A DNA stretch of 12,932 nucleotides, taken from assembly GCA_031367385.1 (NCBI GenBank), contig JANLPS010000407.1, positions 1-12,932 of the forward strand. The letters are read 5' to 3'. Shown in pieces: positions 6,025-12,932 of this stretch; within the stretch, counting starts at the first letter, position 1, and the number at the start of each line of letters is the position of its first letter. The notes beneath the pieces were generated by a model. It was not told the origin of the DNA. It did no database searches and saw only the letters and a list, made by a program, of their open reading frames with translations. Both the position numbers and the translations under genes were made by a program. Source of the DNA: Archangium sp. Its GTDB lineage: Bacteria > Myxococcota > Myxococcia > Myxococcales > Myxococcaceae.

Positions 6025-7902
6025 ATGTCACCGCCGGTCGGAGATCCAATCGTCGGAACCACCCTCGGGTCGTTTCGCATTGTGCGCATCATCGGCCGGG
6101 GCGGCATGGGTACGGTGTATCTGGGTGAGCACACCGTCATCGGCAGCAAGGTAGCGATCAAGGTGCTGCAAGACCGTTTGGCCACCGACGAAGGCCTGGT
6201 CGCCCGCTTCTACGCCGAGGCGCGCGCGGTCAACCTGGTGGGCCACGAGAACATCGTCAACATCTTCGACATGAACGTGGTGCCGCCGCACCGCTACTTC
6301 TTGGTGATGGAGTACCTCGAGGGCCGCCCCTTGAACGCGCTGCTGACCGCGCCGGTCGCCTACGACATCGCGATACCGATTCTCACGCAGGTGTGTGACG
6401 CCCTGCAGGCCGCGCACGAAGCCAACATCATTCACCGCGACCTGAAGCCCGAGAACATCTTCTTGATCAAGCGCGGCAAAGACGAGCGCTTCGTCAAGGT
6501 GCTCGACTTCGGGCTGGCCAAGCTGCTCGACACCGACCGCGTCGAGCAGGCCACCGCCGCCGGGTTGATCGTTGGTACACCCGAGTTCATGTCACCCGAG
6601 CAGGCCAACTCGACCCCGGTCGATGGCCGCGCCGACATCTACGCGTTGGGCTGCATCGCCTGGCTCCTCGCCACTGCGCGGTTGCCGTTTCCCCAGCGGG
6701 GGCTCACTGATTTGCTCGTCGCGCACCGGCAAGTCGTGCCCGAGGCGCCGCACACCGTGAACCCCGCCGTGCCGCGCGCGTGGTCTGACGCAATCATGAA
6801 GGCGATGGCCAAGAACCCGGCCGATCGCTACCAAACCGCCGCTGAGTTTGGCCGCGCGCTCGAGGCCGTGCTGCAACCGCCGAAGGTCGCGCCCGCCGTC
6901 GCGCCGCAGATCGCGCCGGCCCTTCCGCCGCCTGGAGCGCCCCGAAAAGCGCCTCCCCCTCCGGGAGCCCCGGGCGCAGCGGCCGCGCCGCCCAAGCCCG
7001 CCGCGCGGCACGCCGCGAAGTTCGAGGCCGTGCTCTCGACCCTCGACGGCACCAGCCTCGGCACCTTTCCGTGCGAAGACATTTCGAAGGGCGGCATGTT
7101 CTTGTGCAGCGAGAAGGCGATGCCTTCGGTGTTCTCGCGGGTCAAGGTCGTCATCCCCACCGCGAACAATTTGGGGCTGCTGGCCGAGGTCGTTCGCCAC
7201 GTGCCGCCCGATCAAGCCAAGGCCTGGGGCATGTCTCCGGGCTTCGGCGTGCAGTTTCTCGATTTGACGCCGCCGCTGCGCGAGGCCGTCGCGAGGCTGA
7301 TGCAAGGCCTGCCGGTCAACGCCGTCGCCGACGTGCCGCCTCCGCCCACGCCCTCCGTCGCGGTCAACGTACAGCTCGACGTGATGCTCGAGCGGTACCG
7401 CGACCTGGTGAAGGGCGACCATTACGTGTTGCTCGGGGCTCCGGTCGACGCCGACTTCAATGAGCTGCGCAAGCGCGGCGCCGACGCCCTCAAAATTCTC
7501 GACAACCTTCGCGCTGCTGGGTTGAACGACTCCCAGCGCGCTCAAGTCGATGCCGCGGTCGCTCGGGTCAAGGCGGCCGTCGATGCGTTGACCCAACCGA
7601 TTCAACGCGCCCAGTTCGACGCCAACCGCGGCAACTACCGCGGAGTCGCCCGATCAATCGCCGCCGGCCTCTCGGTGATGGACCTCGAGAAGCTCCGCTC
7701 GGCGCACCTCGCCGCGCACCCGGGCGTCGCTGGCTCGGCCCACGTGAAGTTGCTCGCCTCGAAGGGCTTCGAAGCCAAAGCCCAGTGGAAAGAGGCGCTC
7801 GAGGCCTGTGAGGCCGCGCTGCAGATCGACCCGCTCAACCTCTTGCTGCACCAGCGTGCCGCGGTCTTGTCAAAGCGCCTGCGGGAGGCTGCGAAACCAT
7901 GA
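6025..7902 (+). CDS. pkn1: Pkn1-like Hanks Ser/Thr kinase with Pro-rich linker, PilZ domain, degenerate J-like domain and TPR-like repeat (625 aa)
   Basis: GRGGMGTVY, VAIK, HRDLKPEN, DFG, GTPEFMSPE. PilZ DISKGG at 7078 and GFGVQF. J-like DHYVLLG...RAQFDA (7417-7623). TPR-like EALEACEAALQIDPLN. The kinase segment (RFYAEARAVNLVGHENIV) and domain order match my recollection of Myxococcus xanthus Pkn1; orthology not verified. Start placed at ATG 6025. Confidence 0.88.
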   Translation: MSPPVGDPIVGTTLGSFRIVRIIGRGGMGTVYLGEHTVIGSKVAIKVLQDRLATDEGLVARFYAEARAVNLVGHENIVNIFDMNVVPPHRYFLVMEYLEGRPLNALLTAPVAYDIAIPILTQVCDALQAAHEANIIHRDLKPENIFLIKRGKDERFVKVLDFGLAKLLDTDRVEQATAAGLIVGTPEFMSPEQANSTPVDGRADIYALGCIAWLLATARLPFPQRGLTDLLVAHRQVVPEAPHTVNPAVPRAWSDAIMKAMAKNPADRYQTAAEFGRALEAVLQPPKVAPAVAPQIAPALPPPGAPRKAPPPPGAPGAAAAPPKPAARHAAKFEAVLSTLDGTSLGTFPCEDISKGGMFLCSEKAMPSVFSRVKVVIPTANNLGLLAEVVRHVPPDQAKAWGMSPGFGVQFLDLTPPLREAVARLMQGLPVNAVADVPPPPTPSVAVNVQLDVMLERYRDLVKGDHYVLLGAPVDADFNELRKRGADALKILDNLRAAGLNDSQRAQVDAAVARVKAAVDALTQPIQRAQFDANRGNYRGVARSIAAGLSVMDLEKLRSAHLAAHPGVAGSAHVKLLASKGFEAKAQWKEALEACEAALQIDPLNLLLHQRAAVLSKRLREAAKP

Positions 7903-8390
7903 AGAGCTACCTCATCTCTGCGCTCGCCGTTCGCTATGGCGCGCAGGGGCGAGTGGCTTTTCTCGAGCAACACCCACACGACTGGTTGGTGTGGGAGGCC
8001 GGAGCGTGGAAGCCGCCGTCGAAAAAAACCGTCAGCGTTTCGCGTGAGTCGCTCAAAGCCGCCGCGACGCGCGCCGGTGAATCGCTCGCGGTCGCCCTCG
8101 AGGCCGTGCCCAACGGGCTGGTGCTCGGCCGGGCGCCTGAATCTGACTTAGTGATCAACGACGGCACCTTGTCGGGCCACCACCTGACCTTTCGCCAGCG
8201 CCCAGACCTGACGTGGACCATCGAAGACGCGGCCTCGAAGAACGGCAGCCGCCTCGACGGCCTCGAGCTCGGGGCCGGCAAACAAGTGCCCCTGCGCGAC
8301 GGCATGCACATCGACGCCGCCCACGTCTCGCTCACCTACTACACCGCTCAAGGCATGCTGCTGCGCCTGCAAAACACCTCGACGCCGTGA
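7899..8390 (+). CDS. FHA domain protein
   Basis: 163 aa. FHA phosphothreonine-binding motifs LGR, LSGHH and DAASKNGS. ATGA overlap with the kinase stop. Confidence 0.9.
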   Translation: MKSYLISALAVRYGAQGRVAFLEQHPHDWLVWEAGAWKPPSKKTVSVSRESLKAAATRAGESLAVALEAVPNGLVLGRAPESDLVINDGTLSGHHLTFRQRPDLTWTIEDAASKNGSRLDGLELGAGKQVPLRDGMHIDAAHVSLTYYTAQGMLLRLQNTSTP

Positions 8391-9103
8391 TGCTCGAGGC
8401 CGCGCCGAAGTGGGTGCCGAAAGGGGCCGTCGCCGAAGTGATCGCACTCTGGGTGATCTGCTTTGGCGGCATCATCGTCACCTTCGTCACCTTCACCGGG
8501 CTGGCCAAGCTGGTCGCCACGCTCGGCTTTCTCTACCTGCCCCAGTTCGCCACCCGGCAACGCGGAGAAGACTTTCGCGAATACGGCCTGACGCTCCGCC
8601 ATTGGCGCGCTGACCTGAAGCTGTTCTTGGTGGTCGGGGCGGTCGTCTTCCCCCTGTTCATCGCGGGGTACGTGGCGTTCACCTGGGCACTGCCACTGCT
8701 GCCGCCTGACCTGATGCGCGTGGTGACGCCGTACGTGAAGATGCCGCACTTCGCCTTTCGCTTGCCCGACCGGTTCGGCGAATGGGTCATCGACCAGACC
8801 TTCGTGGTCGCGCTGCCAGAGGAGTTTTTTTACCGCGGCTACATGCAGACCCGGCTGCGTGACGCATGGCCCGACGGGCGAATTCTCTGGGGGGTGCGGT
8901 TGGGCAAGGCGTTTTGGGTCACCGCGATTCTCTTTGCCCTCGGGCACCTGGCGATTTTTCAGGTCTGGCGCCTGGCCGTCTTCTTCCCCGCCCTGCTCTT
9001 CGGGTGGATGCGCGAGAAGACCGGCTCAGTGCTCGCGGCCGCATTGATTCACGCCTGCTCGAACTTGTTGGTGCAGGTGCTCGACGCGAGCTTCTTCGGC
9101 TAA
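8390..9103 (+). CDS. CPBP/Abi (Rce1-like) glutamic intramembrane protease, probably myxosortase MrtX family
   Basis: 237 aa from ATG 8390 (or GTG 8387), overlapping the FHA stop. Multiple hydrophobic segments, with EEFFYRG, FALGH and HACSN motifs. CPBP membership is secure. The myxosortase subfamily call rests on recalled similarity to MXAN_2755. Confidence 0.88.
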   Translation: MLEAAPKWVPKGAVAEVIALWVICFGGIIVTFVTFTGLAKLVATLGFLYLPQFATRQRGEDFREYGLTLRHWRADLKLFLVVGAVVFPLFIAGYVAFTWALPLLPPDLMRVVTPYVKMPHFAFRLPDRFGEWVIDQTFVVALPEEFFYRGYMQTRLRDAWPDGRILWGVRLGKAFWVTAILFALGHLAIFQVWRLAVFFPALLFGWMREKTGSVLAAALIHACSNLLVQVLDASFFG

Positions 9104-9117
9104 AGCGCACTCGACTT

Positions 9118-9177
9118 GGGCTTTGCGGCACGCAGGCCGCGAAAGGCCCGCTCCCGAAGTTGCAATTGGGTGGCGGA
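9118..9177. terminator. Two adjacent imperfect hairpins between convergent genes
   Basis: GGGCTTTGCGGC-acgcag-GCCGCGAAAGGCCC (9118-9149), followed by CCGCTCCCGA-loop-TTGGGTGGCGG. There is no clean U-tract, so terminator function is uncertain. Confidence 0.3.
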
Positions 9178-9338
9178 GGCACGTGGTGGCCGCACCTTGC
9201 GTCGTGCACGGCAAACACCGAGACCGCCAGCCTTCGAGAGGTCATCTGTGCCTCGTGAGGTTCTTGCCGGCCACAGGCGGCGCCACCAGTGGCCCAAGCG
9301 CAGCCGCGAAAATCGCACCCGGCGAAGACTTGTTGGCG

Positions 9339-10151
9339 CTACAGCGTCTGAACTTGCAACCGGCGATCAACCGCCACCGCGCCACCGTCAGGCACTGCGA
9401 CCCACGTGTCCATGCGCAGCGGGTTGGTCGCGAGCACCACTGACTTCCGGCGGCGATGGTCGCGAACCAGGGGCTCTTTCTCGCTCGACGCCGCGGTCAA
9501 CCCGTGCCGCCCGCAGGTCGCCTCGCCCTCGAGCAGCGAGTACGCCAACGGCTGATTTCCGCGCCGCGCCGCAACCAGCACGCGGCCATTCGTCGCCACC
9601 ATCGCCAGGTGCGACTTTTCAGTACCTCCGACCTCACCCGAGACCTGCTCGACGATGCGCGCGGTACGAGCCAGCACCTGCGCGGCGATCGGCGCCTCCA
9701 GCGTCATGTCTTCCAACCGGCCTAGCGTGCGCAGCTCGCTCAAGTACGTCGCGAACACCGCTTCACTGAGCGTCGCACCGTGTACTGACCGGCCCAGAAA
9801 CTCAGGCAGCTGAGCGATCAAGCGCTCTCGCACCCGCTCACCCTGATCGACCATGCCGACATGGGCGAACAACCACTGGCGAAAGCGAAACGGCTGCGAC
9901 GAGTCTTCGACCGACTGACCCACGCCGAGGCGGGTGGCGGCCAGAATCACCGAGTCTGACTCCGGGGTCTCCCACAGCTCGGTGCGGGGCACGCCGACCC
10001 CGTGGCTTCGTTGCAACACCACCGTTTCGGCATACGCACCCACGCCCACGACCAGGTCGCCCGCATCGAGCTCGACCTGCGGGCGAACGCGGTCGAGCTC
10101 GCACCGAACGAGCGACGCATCAGAGGTTGAGATGGCGACGAATCGAGACAT
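9339..10151 (-). CDS. Class II glutamine amidotransferase-like (YafJ/EgtC-type Ntn fold) protein with degenerate active-site motifs
   Basis: 270 aa. QPFRFRQWLFAHVG, HGATLSEAVF, TNGRVLVAARRG and VLATNPL...W are recognisable counterparts of family motifs HPF...WLFAHNG, GxTDSE and ASEPL. The N-terminus is MSRF rather than MCR. Confidence 0.8.
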   Translation of the reverse strand: MSRFVAISTSDASLVRCELDRVRPQVELDAGDLVVGVGAYAETVVLQRSHGVGVPRTELWETPESDSVILAATRLGVGQSVEDSSQPFRFRQWLFAHVGMVDQGERVRERLIAQLPEFLGRSVHGATLSEAVFATYLSELRTLGRLEDMTLEAPIAAQVLARTARIVEQVSGEVGGTEKSHLAMVATNGRVLVAARRGNQPLAYSLLEGEATCGRHGLTAASSEKEPLVRDHRRRKSVVLATNPLRMDTWVAVPDGGAVAVDRRLQVQTL

Positions 10152-10250
10152 GGTTTTCTTTGACTAATTGTGGACCGGTGAACTCACAACACGCTAGCCG
10201 CAGAGCGCTTCCCGCGCGCAAACCCGTGAAAACGGGGTAGCTTTGCGCTT
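10152..10250. promoter_or_regulatory. Divergent promoter region with inverted repeats
   Basis: TAGCGT on minus (10191-10196). TAGCTT on plus (10238-10243), 7 nt before the Hsp70 ATG. Inverted repeat GCGCAAACCCGT-gaaa-ACGGG(gtagc)TTTGCGC at 10216-10248. TTGTG-N12-CACAA at 10168-10189. Confidence 0.4.
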
Positions 10251-11849
10251 ATGGGCGACATCGCAGTTGGCATCGACCTCGGCACCTCCTACTCGTGCGT
10301 GTCGGTGGTTCTGGACGGGAAACCTACCGTTATCCCCAATGAATGGGGTGAGCTCACGCACGCTTCGGTCGTTTCGTTTCTCGAAGACGGCTCGGTGCTG
10401 GTGGGCAACTCGGCGAAGAAGAACATCATCACCAACGCCGAGAACACCGTGTACTCGGCGAAGCGCCTCATCGGCCGGTTCTTCTTTTCCGACGAGGTGA
10501 AGAAGGCGCAGTCGGTGATGCCGTACAAAATCGTCGAGGGTCAGAACAATTCTGTGCGCATCGACGTGCGAGGCAAGAATTACTCGCTGCCCGAAATCAG
10601 CGCGCTGGTGCTCAAAGAGATGAAGGCCATCGCCGAGAGCTACCTGGGTCAACCGGTGAAGAAGGCCGTCGTCACCGTGCCCGCGTACTTCAATGACAAC
10701 CAGCGCCAGGCCACCAAAGACGCAGGCCGCATCGCGGGCTTAGAAATTTTGCGCATCTTGAACGAGCCCACCGCGGCGGCCCTCGCCTTTGGCTTTGGCC
10801 AAGACTTGAACCAACGCGTGGTGGTCTACGACCTCGGCGGAGGCACCTTCGACGTCTCGATTCTCGAGATCGGCAAAGACGTGTTCGAGGTGCTCTCGAC
10901 CGCCGGCGACACGTACCTCGGCGGCGATGACTTCGACGACCGCATCATGAACTGGCTCGCCGACGACTTCTTGGCCCGCACCCGGTTAGACCTGCGACAG
11001 AACAAGTACTGCCTTCAGATGCTCAAAGAGGCGTCTGAGCGCGCCAAGATCGACGTCGGCGCGGCGGGCGTCGCCACCGTGCACTGCCCCGGCATCTGCC
11101 AAGACGCCAACGGCGCGGTGCTCGACCTGACCCAGACGCTGACCCAAGACGCCTTCAACCGCATGGTGATGGACCTGGTGCAGCGCACCTTCAAGGTCTG
11201 CGACGAAGCGCTCCAGAGCGCTCGCATGACCGCCGCCGACGTCGACGCCGTGATTCTCGTCGGAGGCCCCACCCGGCTGCCGATCATTCGAAACTCGGTG
11301 AAGCACTACTTTCAGCGCGAGCCCAAAGAAGGCGTCGACCCCGACCAGGTCGTCTCGCTCGGCGCCGCGCTGCAGGGGTTTGCGCTGCTCGATCAACGCA
11401 CCGAGACCTTTCTGGTCGACGTCACCCCGCTCTCGCTGCGCATCGGCACCGTCGGCGGCTACACCGAGAAGGTCATCGACAAGAACACCCCGATACCGAT
11501 CGAGAAATCGAAGACCTTCACCACCAGCCGCGACGGCCAAGACAAGGTGAAGATTCGCGTCTACCAGGGCGAATCGAACCGCGCCGATGACTGCGAAATG
11601 TTGGGAGAATTCGAGTTCGCCGGGTTTCGCATCGGCTACCGCGGCGACGTGAAGATCGACGTCACCTTCGAGATCGACTCGAACGGCATCGTCAACGTCT
11701 CGGCCACCGACCAAGAGACCGGGCAGCGCACCTCGACCACCATCAGCCTGTCATCGGGCTTGAGCGAGGGCGACATTCAGAAGTCGATGGCTGCCAACCA
11801 GGGCGTCAAGCTCGCCAACCATCGCGATCTGCCCGCCGTCGAGCGCTGA
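10251..11849 (+). CDS. Hsp70/DnaK-family chaperone paralog lacking the alpha-helical lid (532 aa)
   Basis: [59 protein letters not shown], linker [10 protein letters not shown], and substrate-binding beta domain ending [13 protein letters not shown]. The protein stops about 30 aa after SSGLSE. It is not the housekeeping dnaK. Confidence 0.95.
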   Translation: MGDIAVGIDLGTSYSCVSVVLDGKPTVIPNEWGELTHASVVSFLEDGSVLVGNSAKKNIITNAENTVYSAKRLIGRFFFSDEVKKAQSVMPYKIVEGQNNSVRIDVRGKNYSLPEISALVLKEMKAIAESYLGQPVKKAVVTVPAYFNDNQRQATKDAGRIAGLEILRILNEPTAAALAFGFGQDLNQRVVVYDLGGGTFDVSILEIGKDVFEVLSTAGDTYLGGDDFDDRIMNWLADDFLARTRLDLRQNKYCLQMLKEASERAKIDVGAAGVATVHCPGICQDANGAVLDLTQTLTQDAFNRMVMDLVQRTFKVCDEALQSARMTAADVDAVILVGGPTRLPIIRNSVKHYFQREPKEGVDPDQVVSLGAALQGFALLDQRTETFLVDVTPLSLRIGTVGGYTEKVIDKNTPIPIEKSKTFTTSRDGQDKVKIRVYQGESNRADDCEMLGEFEFAGFRIGYRGDVKIDVTFEIDSNGIVNVSATDQETGQRTSTTISLSSGLSEGDIQKSMAANQGVKLANHRDLPAVER

Positions 11850-11851
11850 CC

Positions 11852-12932
11852 ATGGCCACCCCACCCGACAATTCTGGCAAACCCCCTGGGCCACCGCCGC
11901 CGGGGTTGCCGCGAATTTCTCCGGTGACTCCCGAGACGCCCGGTCGCACCAACGTCACCATTCCCCAGGTCACGGCGCCGCCGCCAAAGGCAGGGGTGCC
12001 CGGGCCTCCGAAGATCACCGTGCCTCCTGCTGGCGCCGCTCCGAGGCCTCCACCCCCGGCGCAAGGCACGCCGCGCCCCGGGCAAGCGCCCAGGCCGCCC
12101 GCCGCATCACCCCAACGTGCGCCGCCGCCGATGACGCCGCAGTTCTCGTGGGCCAATGAGCCCACGGTGCCGCTCGCTCCGATCGCGCCGTCGATACCCA
12201 CCATGGCGCCGCTGCCGCCTCCGCGCATCGACACCAAGACCCAGCCCTTCGTCGTGCCGCCCCGGCAGGTGGTCGCCGCGCCAGACGCGCCCCCGCCGCG
12301 CATCGAGCTGGTGACGCAGCCAGCAGGCATCTCGCCGTTGTTCGCGCCACCTCGCCCCGGCCCCTCCACCGCCGTGCAACCCTCGGTCACCCCGGCCGGC
12401 GGTACCCCTCGGCCTCCTGCGGCCGCCCCACCCGCTCCGCCCCGCGTGGCGGGCCCCCCAGCGGTGCCCCGGCCCATCGGCGCGCCTGGCGCGGTGCCTC
12501 GCCCGATGGGAGCACCCGGCGCCGTGCCTCGACCTCCCGGTGCGCCCGCAGCCGCAGCGAAGCCAGCGTCAGTCGTTGCCCCGCCGCCGCCGACGGTGCC
12601 CATGCCGCCTCCGGCTGCCTCTTCAGACTTCACCGAGACCGCGACGGTGCTCGACGCCAAGGCGTTCGACCCGCCCGAGCCGGTCACCCTGCCCGGCTCG
12701 CGAGCGGTGACCGTCGCGCCGCCGATCGCGCCCCCGCCTGCTCCCGCAGTGGTCAGCGCACCGGCGCCCCCACCAGTGCAGCGGCGCGCGGCGATACCCG
12801 AGACCGGAGCCCTCGAGCAGGTCACCCCCCAGCAGGCCGCTGAGCTCAAGCGCCTCTTCGAAGCCTTCGTGAAGATGGACTACTTTCAAGTCTTGCAGCT
12901 CGCTCCGACCGCCACCACGAGCGAGATCAAGC
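11852..12932 (+). CDS. J-domain (DnaJ-like) protein with long Pro/Ala/Thr-rich N-terminal region, 3'-partial
   Basis: Not in the ORF track. ATG 11852 lies 2 nt after the Hsp70 stop and the frame is open for 360 codons: MATPPDNSGKPPGPPPPGLPRISPVTPETPGR...QVTPQQAAELKRLFEAFVKMDYFQVLQLAPTATTSEIK. The final residues (from 12878) are J-domain helix I-II. Confidence 0.85.
   Translation, partial: MATPPDNSGKPPGPPPPGLPRISPVTPETPGRTNVTIPQVTAPPPKAGVPGPPKITVPPAGAAPRPPPPAQGTPRPGQAPRPPAASPQRAPPPMTPQFSWANEPTVPLAPIAPSIPTMAPLPPPRIDTKTQPFVVPPRQVVAAPDAPPPRIELVTQPAGISPLFAPPRPGPSTAVQPSVTPAGGTPRPPAAAPPAPPRVAGPPAVPRPIGAPGAVPRPMGAPGAVPRPPGAPAAAAKPASVVAPPPPTVPMPPPAASSDFTETATVLDAKAFDPPEPVTLPGSRAVTVAPPIAPPPAPAVVSAPAPPPVQRRAAIPETGALEQVTPQQAAELKRLFEAFVKMDYFQVLQLAPTATTSEIK
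12461..12550 (+). repeat. 3 x 30-bp coding tandem repeat (AVPRPxGAPG)
   Basis: AVPRPIGAPG / AVPRPMGAPG / AVPRPPGAPA at 12461, 12491 and 12521, with many synonymous differences between units. Confidence 0.85.

Noticed and set aside
5824..6185. Apparent head-to-head overlap of the kinase and acyltransferase ORFs
   Set aside because: Artefact of longest-ORF start selection. Recognisable domains begin near 6025 (+) and 5957 (-).
9100..9318. 72-aa minus-strand ORF (and overlapping small ORFs) in the convergent spacer
   Set aside because: Arg-rich, no RBS, no motif, and no convincing GC3 bias. Cannot be supported as coding.
10152..10250. CIRCE or CRP-type site upstream of Hsp70
   Set aside because: No TTAGCACTC-N9-GAGTGCTAA. 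The TGTGG...TCACA half-sites are 10 nt apart rather than 6.
10251..11849. Canonical housekeeping dnaK
   Set aside because: About 100 aa short (no lid), divergent substrate loops, and no adjacent grpE or hrcA.
11806..12849. 347-aa Gly-rich minus-strand ORF
   Set aside because: Antisense mirror of the Pro-rich plus-strand J-protein gene, which is coupled to Hsp70 and runs into a recognisable domain.
1..12932. tRNA, rRNA, CRISPR array, transposase or integrase
   Set aside because: None recognised. The only repeats are coding tandem units and local palindromes.

Overview
High-GC window, most likely from a myxobacterium (Myxococcales-like gene content), with four transcription blocks. (1) A tightly coupled minus-strand operon (about 5957 to <1): PglD/NeuD/PerB-type LbH sugar acyltransferase, ACP, FabG-like SDR, a second ACP (hidden inside a longer ORF call), acyl-AMP ligase, iron-containing alcohol dehydrogenase, and a LuxE-family acyl-protein synthetase (missing from the ORF track) that reads past its usual C-terminus and is probably a LuxE-LuxC fusion. 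The last four genes match the content and order of Vibrio cholerae rfbKLMN (wbeKLMN), so the operon probably builds an unusual short hydroxy-acyl group for N-acylating a surface-glycan amino sugar. (2) A plus-strand operon: Pkn1-like Ser/Thr kinase (kinase, PilZ, HPD-less J-like domain, TPR), FHA protein, and a myxosortase-like CPBP intramembrane protease. (3) A minus-strand class II glutamine amidotransferase-like gene with degenerate catalytic motifs. (4) A lid-less Hsp70 followed by a J-domain protein with an N-terminal Pro-rich region of about 320-340 aa (partial, missing from the ORF track). Smaller signals include a triple 9-bp palindromic AT-rich segment in frame within the ligase gene and candidate leaderless starts. 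Family assignments come from motif recognition and recall, not database searches.
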